Below, in pieces: positions 25,971 to 41,240 of a DNA stretch of 64,000 nt. The number at the start of each line of letters is the position of its first letter. Position 1 is the stretch's first letter. Below the pieces are notes generated by a model that saw nothing but the letters and a program-made list of their open reading frames with translations, had not been told where the DNA came from and searched no databases. A program made the position numbers and the translations under genes. This stretch comes from Octopus vulgaris (taxonomy: Eukaryota). The stretch is from contig OX597822.1 of the NCBI GenBank assembly GCA_951406725.2, forward strand, positions 44,020,001 through 44,084,000, read 5' to 3'.

Positions 25971-27419
25971 TTTATTCTAAATATCGCGGTGGGCTCGCAG
26001 AAATGTTAGCACGCCAGACAAACTGCTTAGAGGCAGTTCTTACGGTTCCTGTGTTCTAAGTTCGAATCCTAAGTTCGAATAAACGCTAGTATATTTTTCC
26101 TGTAGCTTGGTACATATACTATCAGCGTGTTTTGTCGGACCGATTATATATGGGAACATAAACACACCAACGACGTTTGTCAAACTATGATGGGGGGCAA
26201 ACACTGACAGAAAGACACACACACAAACGCACGCAGGCACACACACACAGACGCACGCAGGCACACAGTTGGTATGTTTATGACCCCCAAGACTTAGCGT
26301 TTCGGCAAAAGAGACCGATAGGATAAGTACTAGGCTTACAAAGAATAATTCCTGGGGTCGATTTGTTAGACTAAATGCGTTGCTCCAGCATGGCCGCAGT
26401 CAAATAATTGAAACAAGTATAAGATTAATGAATATATATATATATATATATTAAATAAGGAAACCTACTTCATTGAAAAATATAAGTCAAAATTTAACCA
26501 TTTCTAAAAGTTTTAAATAGGGAAACTCACCTCATTGAAAAAAATAAAAAGTAAAACCTAACCACTTGTAGCATTCTATTCCTTCTAAACCAAATCTTGT
26601 AAAATTTTTAAAACCTAGTCATTCCCAACATTTTTTATTATCTCCCTTATACCGAAAAAATCCCTGATTACCATCCCCTGTCTGGAATTCATACTTCACA
26701 TCAGAGCGAAGAGATGACACAATACAGGTAAAGAAATTTGAGAAATTTGAAAAGAAAATGCGAAACCGGTTATTTTTCCCAGACCAATATACACAAAATT
26801 TTATAACATTTTTTTAACATAACGATTTAAATATATTCTTTAACCATATAATACAAATCTTCTGTAGTTTTTTCACTCTATTTTCGCTTTTATATATCCA
26901 ACAACGTGCTTTCATATACCAACTCTCTCACGTATATATATATGTATATGTATGTATGTATACGGCCGGCTTCTTTCAATTTCCGTCCACCAAGTTGCAG
27001 ATATTTATATAGGAAAGACTTGGAATTAAAGTTGAGTTTGATATGTAGCAGATTGGTTTGTCACGTATTTCAGAGTAGTTTAGTGGTTTGAGTTCAAACA
27101 ATTAAAATTTTTAAGAATGTCTTGATAAATGTCAGAGGAAAATATTCGCAAAGAAAATTAAAATAACGACAAGGAAAAAATATTAGAAAGAAAAAGTAAA
27201 AAAAAAATAGAAGGGACTAATGAGGAGAGCATATAAAAGAGATGGAGACATACAGAAATACCAAAATTTAGAATAAGCAGAAAGCGACGAGAGTGGATAA
27301 AGAAAAAAAAAACAAGAGATTTTTAAAAAAGGGGGTAGATATAGAAGGAGATAAAAAGAAGAATGTGGAAAATAGGGGAAAACTAAGAAAGTACATACAT
27401 AAAAACTCTCTCTCTCTCT

Positions 27420-28055
27420 TTTGTGTTATGGTGTATTCATGTCTTTGACTAATCATGGTTTGTTCCTCCTCCATTTATTTCTGTCTCTCGCAACATCATC
27501 CAGGTATTTTTCACCTTGTGCATTCATTCTCTTCTTTATCCAGTCGAAAATCTTCTTCCCACCAGCTCAGTCTCCGCCATGTAACGCTCCATTCCGTCAT
27601 CCTCTCTGATAAAATGACCAACAAATCTTCACGGTGGATGCGATAAACATAACAAAGATAGGTTTACCTTGCGTGGAATACATAAGAAATGATGTGTATA
27701 TTCCGGGATCTATAGATTTCGCTTTGTGTATCTCCCTGATACTATACATCAACCGTCTCTTCTCTTTCATCTTCTCAACACGTCCTCATTCGTCACCCTC
27801 TGTACCCACAAGATTCCAAGTATTTTTTCTATAAGACCACGTTTCTGCAACTGTGAGTCTCTTCTACATAACTTTGCTTATCGTCCAAGACTCACATTTA
27901 TACGATAGCACCGACAAGATATAACACTTCAATACACTTCCCTTGACTTCCATTCCAATTCTCTTTGAACAAAAAATGCTCCTCGTATCCATAAAAGTCC
28001 TCTTTGCTAATCTAGTTCTGCACTTGATGTCCTTATCTGATCTTCCATCTTTTGT
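27420..28055 (-). pseudogene. RTE-type LINE 3' fragment
   Basis: LKCYILSVLSYKCESWTISK..KRLTVAETWSYRK resembles the RTE motif LLYG.ESWT....RL...EMW.YR; decayed. Confidence 0.7.
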
Positions 28056-28214
28056 TACATATATATATAAAAGCTAAAGAATAGATATTAGAAGAGAAAG
28101 AAAGAGTAGTGGCGATATTGGGTGAGATTTTAGAATATCACGTAGGAATCTGTATTCGAATTCTTGAACCTATATTTCTCTTATTCAATACAAACATATA
28201 TACAAACTTATACA

Positions 28215-28636
28215 TTGTACAGTTCTATATTTAAGAGATGAGGAATTATGTACATTATTTCCATTATTTCCATTACTTACAATTGACGGATATTTGTCCT
28301 TATCTTGTTGGTTAACACAACGTTTCGGCTGCGGCGAGCTAGCAGAAGCGTTAGCACACCGGGCGAAATGCTTTGCGGTACTTCGTCTGCCGTTACGTTG
28401 TGAGTTCAAATTCCGCCGAGGTCGACTTTGCCTTTCATCCTTTCGGGGTCGATAAATTAAGTACCAGTTACGCACTGGGGTCGATGTAATCGACATAATA
28501 CCTATGCCTGTCCTTGTTTGTCCCCTCTATGTTTAGCCCCTTGTGGGTAATAAAGAAATTGATATACTCTCCAGCCTTCGTCAGGTGTCTTGGGGAAATT
28601 TCGAACCTGGATTCTCATTCCTAAGGTATTTTTCGA

Positions 28637-28690
<54 letters not shown>
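28215..28690 (-). mobile_element. Second copy of the (AAT)n-hammerhead element, interrupted by a family B SINE (28332-28560)
   Basis: GACAC-CUGACGA-a-GGCUG at 28572-28589 and CAGCC-GAAAC-GUU-GUGUU at 28314-28331; flanks match 22097-22250 and 21490-21540. Confidence 0.85.
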
Positions 28691-28695
<5 letters not shown>

Positions 28696-29312
28696 CGCCC
28701 TTGTGGCCAATAAAAGAATTAATAATAATTATTATTATTGTGTGTATATATGCGTGTGTGTATATGTTTGTGTGACTATGTGTTTGTCCCCCCAACATCG
28801 CATGACAACCGATGCTGGTGTGTTTAAGTCCCCTTAACTTAGCGGTTCGGCAAAAGAGACCGATAGAATAAGTACTAGGCTTACAAAGAATAAATCCTGG
28901 GGTTGAGTTGCTCGACTAAAGGCGTTGCTCCAATATAGCCACAGTGAAATGAATGAAACAAGTAAAAGAGTAAAAGAGTCAAATTGTGGATGCGATAAAA
29001 ATAACAGAGATAGGTTTACCTTGCGTGGAATATATAAGTAAGGATGTGTATATTCCAGGATCTATAGATTTCCATTTGTGTATCTAAAAGTTGCTTAAGC
29101 TCATCAGTTGGACCCAACACATAGTAAGCTATTTCGGAAATATTCATCATCTTACACTATGTGCGTTTTTACATTTGAATACCGCGCGTCATTCAAAAAT
29201 GAACATATCGTGAGTTATGAAAACAAACTATGAAATAATACACACACACGCACGCACACAGACACACAGACAGACAGACACACACACACACACACATACA
29301 AATATATATATA

Positions 29313-30470
29313 CATATGTAAAAGTAAAAAAATACAAACTGGAACAAGAACGTGAAACATTTAGAAGACGACACAAAAAACACGGACGGGACATTCGAAG
29401 CCCTCAATCTTCAGTCAAGAACCGGATCATCTTCGCAATTTCGGCTGATTAATCTCGAGATCGCTCCGACGCGGCCAGCCCCAAAGGAAAATCTAACCCA
29501 AGCGCATTAGATTCCTTGGAAGAAAGCCTCGAATGTATACAAAACAAGGATGGAAAACGGACGATGTTACACGAATAAAAATACAAAAATACGTAAAAAC
29601 AATAATGATAGCACGAATAAGAATACAAAAATACGTAAAAACAATAATGATAATAATAACAACAAAACCAGGACGTCACAGACAAGCGTCTTTTCGACAG
29701 GACGAGTAAAGTTTTGAGTTGGCGTTAGAAGATAACCTTAAGGCTACAGAGAAACAAACAAGTGTGTCTTGCCACAACGACTGCTGGACGCGAAAGGACA
29801 GCAGTCGGTGGCTGGTCACGTGAGGGAAAGAAAGAGGAAAAAGAGGGACAGATGAAGAGAGAAAGAAGGGGAACAAGGAACAAGGGAGGAGGAGAAGAAA
29901 GAGAGAGAAAGAGAAAGATCAAGTGGAGTGCAAAGTGTGAAAGGCAGAGAAATGTAGGAGAGGGGGGACAGATGAAGAGAGAAAGAAAGAAGGGGAACAA
30001 GGAACAAAGGAAGAGGAGAAGAAAGAGAGAGAAAGAGACAGATCAAGTGGAGTGCAAAGTGTGAAAGGCAGAGAAATGTAGGAGAGGGGGGAGAGAGACA
30101 GTGTTGTAGAGTCGTACCATGTGTTAAAGAATATATACTTACGTATAGGGTCAAAAAGGGGTACGCCGTCGCTTATGTACATATGTAAAAGTAAAAAAAT
30201 ACAAGCTGGGACAAGAACGTGAAACATTTAGAAGACGACACAAAAAACACGGACGGGACATTCGAAGCCCTCAATCTTCAGTCAAGAACCGGATCATCTT
30301 CGCAATTTCGGCTGATTAATCTCGAGATCGCTCCGACCCGGCCAGCCCCAAAGGAAAATCTAAGCCAAGCGCATTAGATTCCTTGGAAGAAAGCCTCAAA
30401 TGTATACAAAACAAGGACGGAAAACGGACGATGTTACACGAATAAAAATACAAAAATACGTAAAAACAAT
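29313..30470. mobile_element. Non-coding element with ~290-bp terminal direct repeats, flanked by (TA)n
   Basis: 29313-29602 is near-identical to 30181-30470; internal ~120-bp purine-rich tandem duplication (29842-30090); diverged partial solo copy at ~47035-47167. Confidence 0.85.
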
Positions 30471-30685
30471 ATATATATATACACACACTCTGGCCTTCTT
30501 TCAGTTTCACTTTGACAAATTTAATCACAAAACTTTGGTCGGCTTGGGTCTATTGTCAAAGGCTCTCGTCCAAGGTGCTACGAAAATAGATAAAACTTCG
30601 TAGCATGCAGCCAGGCCAATATTTCGGACCGCTGAAACCTACAAGATTATTTTTTTCATTCTATCTAACTTTATTTTCTTTTATG

Positions 30686-30723
30686 ACTCTCTGTTGAAGA
30701 GCGTAGGCTCGAAACGCAAAGGA
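30686..30723 (+). ncRNA. Hammerhead motif, CUGUUGA family (mutated triplet)
   Basis: CTGTTGA-a-gagc(gtag)gctc-GAAAC-GCA; the downstream body resembles the 20083 copy. Confidence 0.55.
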
Positions 30724-30801
30724 CATTTTCATTTTCCCGTTCCTCAAACTATTACACTTGTTTGTTGTTCATACACCGGTCTTCGTCTTTTATTTATTTA
30801 T

Positions 30802-33181
<2,380 letters not shown>

Positions 33182-33234
33182 TGTTCATCTTTCTTTTCCT
33201 TCAGTCTGTCGCACAGATCAGACGCATCTATATA

Positions 33235-33273
<39 letters not shown>

Positions 33274-33541
33274 ACATGCATACATATATACATATATGTA
33301 CACGTACAAACACCGTAATCACACACACGCACACAAATATATATATATATATATATATGTGTGTGTCAGTGCGTGTGTGCGCGTGTGTGTGCGAAGTCCA
33401 GGTTTTCAAATAGAACAAACCAAGTGCTCACAGCCCGAGATTGCTTGGAGATTCAACGTACGTTATAAAAACTTTTTCGAAACACGTGCCGTAATGGCAA
33501 GAAACTGTTACTAGCTCTTATTTTTATCCACTCTACATTAA

Positions 33542-33605
<64 letters not shown>

Positions 33606-33606
<1 letters not shown>

Positions 33607-33999
33607 TAGCAGTATCGCCCGGCGTTGCTCCGGGTTTGTAAGGGAAATAACTATAAAGCACTTTAGAGAGTTATAGCCAAAAATAGCAAAAAATGCATTA
33701 AAATGGAAAAAAAATTATGGTAAATTTTTTTTTAAATCGTTGACTCATCGTAGACATTTTTAGCTAGTTACTTCCCTTTATTTAAAAAATATGCGTTAAA
33801 ATGGAAAAAAATTATGGTAAATTATTTTTTAAATCGTAGACTCATCGTAGACGCGCACTAATACCCAGAAGGGCTCGATATGAATCACGACTATAAGATC
33901 CCCGGTTTTGGTTAAACTGCATCGCAAAATGTGGGAGTAGTTAGGAATCTAAATCGTAGGAGACAGACACTCACACAACTTCACTTTTATATATATAGA
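33606..33999 (-). mobile_element. Non-autonomous Helitron
   Basis: 5' TC, 3' hairpin cccggagcaacgccggg then CTAG; inserted between A and T within (TA)n. Confidence 0.8.
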
Positions 34000-34009
34000 T
34001 ATATACATG

Positions 34010-34833
34010 CAGGGTGTGGTGAATAAATTGTCACCTAAATTACACAAAAATAGAAATAAGAACTCACTTCTCATTTTAACAGATATATTTACCAAAATTA
34101 CGTTAAAATATCTTGAAATATTAAAGAGTAAATTTATTCAATTAAAATTAATATTGGCTTGAACCATGGCCTCCAGATGACTTCGGAATCTCCTGCAACT
34201 CTCCTGGACGGTCTCCTCGTTTAAATTGGTGAATGCTGCCATAATCCTTGCCTTCAGTTCATCTTTGGCGTTACAAGAAGTTTTGTTGGTCTCTCGCTCA
34301 TCTGCGCCCCACACATAATAATCAAGGGGGTTGCTGTCTGGGGAGTTAGATGTCCAGATGTTAGGGCTGATGTGGTCGCAGAAATTGACAGCCATGACTG
34401 GGTTCTCCTGCTTGCGTGGCATGATACAGAATTGTGTCGCCAGATATAGAGCCCTTCAGCAGCCACCCTCTTGACCCAGGGCAGCACTACCTCTTCCAGG
34501 TACTTGATGTAGGCCTCCGTGTTGAGTGTGAGGCCGTGTGGGAAGAAGAATGGAGGTATAACGTCGACATAACTAGTGACCACTCCACACTCCATAATGT
34601 CGACAGAATGTTTGATTTTTGTCACTCTCGGTACATGTCCTCAAATTGACACCCAGACACTCTGAAATATTCGTATCGGAGCTTCCGACGCGTATGTCAA
34701 GCAGTACATCATATCGTTTCGAAATTTCCGACAGAGTGAATTGCATCTGGTGCTGTTCTACTCTCCAAAACAAACAATGCTTATGTACGAAATTAAATAT
34801 GAGAAATGACGACAATTTACCAATCGCTCCCTG
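34010..34833 (-). mobile_element. Internally deleted Tc1/mariner-superfamily element (maT/DD37D-like)
   Basis: Degenerate TIRs cagggtgtggtgaataaattgtc / gacaatttaccaatcgctccctg-TA; peptides YIKYLEEVVLPW and WTSNSPDSNPLDYYVWG..C.RFRSHLEAMVQA. Confidence 0.85.
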
Positions 34834-35399
34834 TATGTGTGTTTGAGGGTGTGTGTGTGTGCATGTGTGTGAAGGTTAAGGACGTGCCTTTTCCATTCAC
34901 CAAAGTGAATGGAACTTTGGCCACGAAGAGCTGATATTATCAGACGGTATCCAACGTTCGTCGGGTGTTTCGACCCTTAACCGTAGACACCCTCCCGTTG
35001 GTGGGTCAGCAGATGTGACCAGGTCACTACTCCTTATCTGCTCCTGACTTCCAGCTTAAATTCTCTCTCTTGTTTGGAAGCCAATAAGTGCCGCCTCTCC
35101 CATCGTGGGCACAGGCAACCTTCGCTCCTCACCTCTCATTCCAATGGCTGTAAGCATCCTCCATGCCGGCGGAGCAGGGAATCCCCTGCAGCCAACACAC
35201 GCATATAGATCAATATGGATTCCTGTACATATTTGAAGTGTTTTATCTCTAACCAGCGAATAACTTCATCATCTTGCTCCTATCCCGCACATACCCTGCC
35301 TCTTTCTCTCTCACTGTCTCTCCCTTTCTTCCTCTTTCTTTCTCTCTCTCTTTCTCTTTCTGTACCTCTTCACCCTCTCTCTCTCTCTCCGCTCATACA

Positions 35400-36323
35400 C
35401 ACCCATCCACGCACACGCGTCACCACCACGACCATACCCACCACAGCCGCCGCCACCCTCACCACCACCATCACCACCACCACTACCGCCCCCACCACCA
35501 CCACTACCGCCGGCACCACCAACCTCACCGCCACCACCACCACCACCATCCTCGCTGCCGCCGCCGCCACCACCACCACCGCCTACAAACGATTCCTACA
35601 TTACCTTCCTTATCTGCTATTCAAAATCCCCTTTTTAAAACTACTTCCAAAAGCCTTAATTTCGGCATCGAATGCCCTACCGTGGTTCAAATTCGATCTC
35701 GTAACCCCTACATTGCTTCCCAGAATCTACCTTCTCTATCTCCAACATCTTCATCTTCATTTCATCATTGTCTTTTCAATCATTTTGCATTTGTATTTAT
35801 TTCTTCCGCTTTCACATCTTCATTCCTTTTTTTATTGTTGTAATTGTTGTTGTTGTAGTTGTCGTCGTCGTCATAGTTGCTGTTGCTCTTCTTCTTCTTC
35901 TTCATCATCATCATCATCGCCGTCGTCGTCGTTATCATCGTCATCATCGTCGCCATCGCCATCATCATCGTCATCATCATCATCATCATCATCATCATCG
36001 TCATCATCGTCATCTACTTCTTCTTCATCATCATCTTCTTCTTCTTCTTCTTCTTCTTCTTCTTCTTCTTCTATTTCATTTTCTTCTTCTTCTTCTTCTT
36101 CTTCTTCTATTTCATTTTCTTCTTCTTCTTCTTCTCTTCCTCCTTCTTCTACTTCGTCTTCGTCTCCTTCTCCTCCTCCTCCTCCTCTTCCTTCTTCTTC
36201 TTCTTCTTCTTCTTCTTCTCCTCCTCCTTCTTCTACTTCTTCTTCTCCTTCTTCTTTCCACATCTTGTTCATGCAGTTGCCATCGTTTTCTACTTGTCCG
36301 TACTGTTGTTGTTGTTATTGTTA

Positions 36324-36362
<39 letters not shown>

Positions 36363-36370
36363 TACTACCC
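35400..36370. repeat. Compound trinucleotide repeat tract (CAC/TTG/TCA/TCT/ATT)
   Basis: Direct reading. Confidence 0.95.
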
Positions 36371-36540
36371 GTGTGTTTTCCTTCCGTCTTCATCTCCCAC
36401 TTTCTCTCCAACATTTCTCCTTGTTCTACTTCAAACATTCATTTCCCCCTCACTCCACTACGTTCCACTTTAATCTCCTTCCACTTTAATCTCCTTCCAC
36501 TTTTACGCCAATTTCCTTTCCTTCTTTCTTTTTTCCCTTT

Positions 36541-36596
<56 letters not shown>

Positions 36597-37265
36597 ATTT
36601 CTTTCTTCCTCTGACATTTATCGAGACATTCTTCAAATTTAAATTATACGATTACAAAATCATTTACGAACATCCTTAAAAATTCATGAACCCCGAACAC
36701 GTAAGAAGAAGCCCTTCGGGAAACAAGGCTTCCTTGTTGTGACGTATGCAAATCTATGTTCCGATCACGGAAGAGGTTAATTTCGAAATGCCACACAACA
36801 CAATATAAATAATTATACAGACGCAGGCGTGGCTGTGTGGCAAGGGCTTTGCTTCCCAACCACATGGTTTCGGGTTCAGTCCCACTGCATGGCACCTTGG
36901 GCAAGTATATTCTACAGCTTCGAGCAGATTAAATCCACATAATTGGATTTAGATGCCGCAAACTCATAGAAGCCCGTCATATATATATATGTGTGTGTGT
37001 GTGCGTGTGTGTGTGTGTGTGTGTGTTTGTGTGTGTGTGTATATAAACTCTTTTATTTGTTTCAGTCATTTGAATGCGGCCATGCTGGAGCACTGCCTTT
37101 TGTCGAGCAAATCGACCCCAAGACTTATTCTTTGTAAGCTTAGTACTTATTCTATCGGTGTCTTTTGCCGAATCGCTAATTACAGGGACGTAAACACACC
37201 AGCACTGGTTGTCAGCACCGGTTGTCAAGCAATGATGGGGTCAAACAGAGACACACAAACACACA

Positions 37266-37648
37266 TCTCTCTCTATATAAACGGCAGTTTGTCTGTGCGT
37301 GTTTCTGTGTGTCTGTTTGCTTGTACCCTCACCCTGACCACGGCTTTCAACCAATTCTGATGAAACTTGACACACACATAGCCCAATGTCATAATTCAAA
37401 ACTAACGCAGCGAAAATTTTGAAAAGTTCCCCCAGTTCTGAAAAAAATCGATAAATTCTTCATGGGGTCGAGAATCAGAAACACAAACCGCAAACTGTCT
37501 AGGGGACGCAACTCCACCTTTTTTTACTCTCAAAATAAATTTACCATCATTTTTTTCCATTTTTTTGCTATTTTTTGGCTATAACTCTCTAAAAATGCTT
37601 TATAGTTATTTCCCTTACAAACCTGAGCAACGCCGGGCGATACTGCTA

Positions 37649-37649
<1 letters not shown>
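37266..37649 (+). mobile_element. Non-autonomous Helitron nested in a minus-strand family A SINE
   Basis: A|TC start, subterminal cctgagcaacgccggg hairpin, CTAG|T end; the 3' ~110 bp are shared with 33606-33999. Confidence 0.82.
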
Positions 37650-37684
<35 letters not shown>

Positions 37685-37824
37685 GACGGGCTTCTTTCAG
37701 TTTCCGTCTACCAAATCCACTCACAAGGCATCAGTCACCCGAGACTATAGTAGAAGACACTTGCCCAGGGTGCAACGCAGTGGGACTGAACCCAGAACTA
37801 TGTGGTTGGTAAGCAAGCTACTTA

Positions 37825-37866
<42 letters not shown>

Positions 37867-39085
37867 GTAAGGAGCTTGCGTGCCAACAACATGGTTCTGA
37901 GTTCAGACCCACTGCATGGCTCCTTGGGCAAGTGTCTTCTACTATATATAGCCTCGGGTCAACCAAAGCGAAGTGAGTGAACTTAGTAGACGGAAACTGA
38001 AAGAAATTCATCGCATATGTGTGTGTATGTATACAGTTATGTGCGTGTGTGTGTATGTGTGTGTGTGTGAGTGTGTGTGTGTTTGTAGCCCCGCGATCGG
38101 ATGACAACCGATGTTGGTGTAATTATGTCCCCGTAACTTAGCGGTTCGGCGATATGATTGCGATAGAATACATACTAGGCTTACAAAAAATAAGCACTGG
38201 GAACGATTTCTTCGAGTGAAAGGCAATGCTACAGCATGACCATGGTCAAAATGACTGAAGCAAATACATACACACACTTCCATACATACATTTTATCGCA
38301 TATTTGTCATTTGATTTAGTAATCAGACTGCGACCATGCTGGATCATCGCCTTCAGGAATTTTAGTCGAACGAATCTACTCCAGCAGAGAGATATTATGC
38401 TTCGTACTCTTTCAATCAGTTGCTTTTGCAGAACCGGTCTGTTACAGGATGTAAACGCACAAGCACCGTTTGTCAAGAAATGGTGGGGGACAAACAAACA
38501 CACACACACACACACTCACACACACATATACGGCAGGGTTCTTTTCAGTTTCCGTCTACCAAATCCACTTACTACACACATACACACAAACACACACACA
38601 CACCCTCCCACACACACATGAACACACACACAGATACACACACGCGCGCACACACACACAACACACTCAGACAACACATCAACACAGGAACACACACACA
38701 TACACACGCACATACACAGGTGCGCACATACACACACATACACACGCATACACACACTCGAACACACATACACTCACACTCACACGCACACACATACACA
38801 CGCATACACACATACTTTAATTTACATTCTTTTTTTCCTTTTATTCGGTTACTTGTTCCAGTCATTTGACTGCGGCCATACTGGAGCACAATCATAGCGG
38901 GTTCTCAAGTCGGAGAGATCGACTCTAGGGCTTATTCTTTATAAGCCGAGCAATTATTCCATCGAGAGGCATACGGTGATATAAACAAACCAGCATCGGT
39001 TGTAAAGCGATCGTGGGGGGGGGGGGCAAACACAGACACAAAGACACATAAATACATACATACATACATACATACATAGATACAT

Positions 39086-39450
39086 GGAAGCGCAATGGCC
39101 CGGTAGCAGACTCGCGGTCATAGGATCACAGTTTCGATTCCTAGACCGGGCATTGTGAGTGTTTATTGAATGAAGACACCTAAAGCTCCACGAGGCTCCG
39201 GCAAGGGGTGGTGGCGAACCCTACTGTACTCTTTCAACACAACTTTCTCTCACTCATTCTTCTTGTTTCTATTGTACCTGTTGTTCAAACGGGCCAGCCT
39301 TGTCACAATCTGTGTCACGCTGAATCTCCCCGAGAACTACGTTAAGGGTACTTGTGCATGGTGAGTGCTCAGCTACTTGCACGTTAACTTCACCAGCAGG
39401 CTGTTCTGTTGATCGGATCAACTGGAATTTGGTCGTCGTAACCGACGCTG
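39086..39450 (+). mobile_element. tRNA-derived SINE (family C)
   Basis: gcgcaatggccc..gtttcgattcc head, acacctaaagctccacgaggct body; related copy at 61666-61947. Confidence 0.75.
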
Positions 39451-39701
39451 TAGCACGACATACATACATATTATATATTATATATATATATGTATGTGTG
39501 TGTGAGTGTGTGTGTGTGTTCGTATGTGCGACGGGCTTCTTTTACCTTCCGTCTAACAAATCCACTCAGAAAGTTGTGCCAAAGATGGCAGGCAGTGGGA
39601 TTGAGTCCGGAACCATGTGGTTGGGAAACAAGCTTCTTACGACACAACCACAGATGAAGGCAGCTGTACCAAACTCCCTTATTCACCAAATGCCACATAT
39701 A

Positions 39702-40093
39702 CTCTTTTACTTCTTCCAGTCATTTGACTGTGACCATGCTGGAGCGCCGCCTTTAGTCGAGCAAATCGACCCCAGGACTTATTCTTTGTAAGCCCAGTAC
39801 TTATTCTATCGGTGTCTTTTGCCGAACCGCTAAGTTAAGGGGACGGAAGCATACCAGCATCGGTTGTCAAGCGATGTTGGGGGGAACAAACGCAGACACA
39901 CAAACATATACATACATATATATATACATATATACGACGGGTTTCCTTTCAGTTTCCGTCTATCAAATCCACTCACATGGCTTTGGTCGGCCTGAGGCCA
40001 TAGTAGAAGACACTTTCCCAAGGAGCCTAGCAGTGGGACTGAACCCGGAACCATGTGGTTGGTAAGCAAGCTACTTACCACACAGCCGCTCCT
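39702..40093 (-). mobile_element. Family A SINE, full length
   Basis: Reverse complement matches 8347-8790. Confidence 0.9.
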
Positions 40094-40178
40094 ACCAGTT
40101 GAGGTTTCAAATAATGTTGTAGCTCAGTCAACGGTGGTGCTCCAGCATGAGCGCAACTGATTTAAAGTTGATTGAAAA

Positions 40179-40209
<31 letters not shown>

Positions 40210-40429
40210 AGGTATGTGTTTACATGTGATACATATATGTGCGTGTGTGTGACTGTTTGTGCGTGTACGTGTGCACGTAATCGTGTGAATGTGTGCGCAG
40301 GCGTATTAGAGGTTGGAATACGGCTTTTGGTGAGTGTTGTTGTTGTTGCTCTTGTTCTTGCTGCTGTGGGTGTTGTTGCTGTCGTATACATTGTCGCTCT
40401 TTCCATCACAACAATTATAAAGATCATTT

Positions 40430-40912
40430 TCACCGCCGCCGTCACCGCCAATACCACCGCCACTACTACTTTCACCTCCACCACCGTCGCCACCGCAACT
40501 CCTACCGCCGCCTCCACCACCACGACTACTACCATAACCACCACCGCTACCATCACTGTCGTTACTACCATTACAATACCAGCACCACAATCGCTGCTAC
40601 CACCACCACTACCACCACTACCAGCAGCAGCAGCAGACTCACCACCACCACTAACACCACTACCACTATCACCACCACCGCTACCACTACCGCCACCACC
40701 ACCACCACCAACAACAACAACACAACAACCACCACCACGTCCCCCACCGACAGCACCACCAGCACCACCAGCGCCACCAGCGCCACCAGCTCCATTACCA
40801 GCAGCTTCACCAGCGTTACCACCACAACCAGCAGCAGCTGTAGAACCACCACCTGATGCAGCAGCACCATACCACCAACCCTCCACCATTTACAAGTTTT
40901 TTTATTTTTCAT

Positions 40913-40943
<31 letters not shown>

Positions 40944-41044
40944 AAGTGGTAGTGGTAGTTGTGGTAGTAGCAATAGTAGTAGTAGTAATAGTAATAGTAG
41001 TAGTAGTAGTAGTAGTAGTAGAAGTGGTAGTAGGGTAGTAGCAA

Positions 41045-41099
<55 letters not shown>

Positions 41100-41240
41100 T
41101 GTTACTTTCGTAGTTTTTGTTTTTGTGGCTTTTGCTTGCCGCTGTTGTTTTAGTTCACATTGCTGCTTCTGCTGTTGTTGTTGTTCTTGTTGTTGTTGTT
41201 GTTCTTCTTCTTCTTCTTCTTCTTCTTCTTCTTGTTGTGC
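40430..41240. repeat. Compound trinucleotide repeat tract (CAC/CAG/TAG/TTG/TTC)
   Basis: Direct reading. Confidence 0.95.

Noticed and set aside
35215-36679. Long ORFs of 424 and 303 aa
   Set aside because: Stop-free only because of trinucleotide repeats; open in several frames and on both strands, with no domain content.
37350-37375. CTGATGA-AAC as a hammerhead core
   Set aside because: No stem II or stem I; it is part of the Helitron body.
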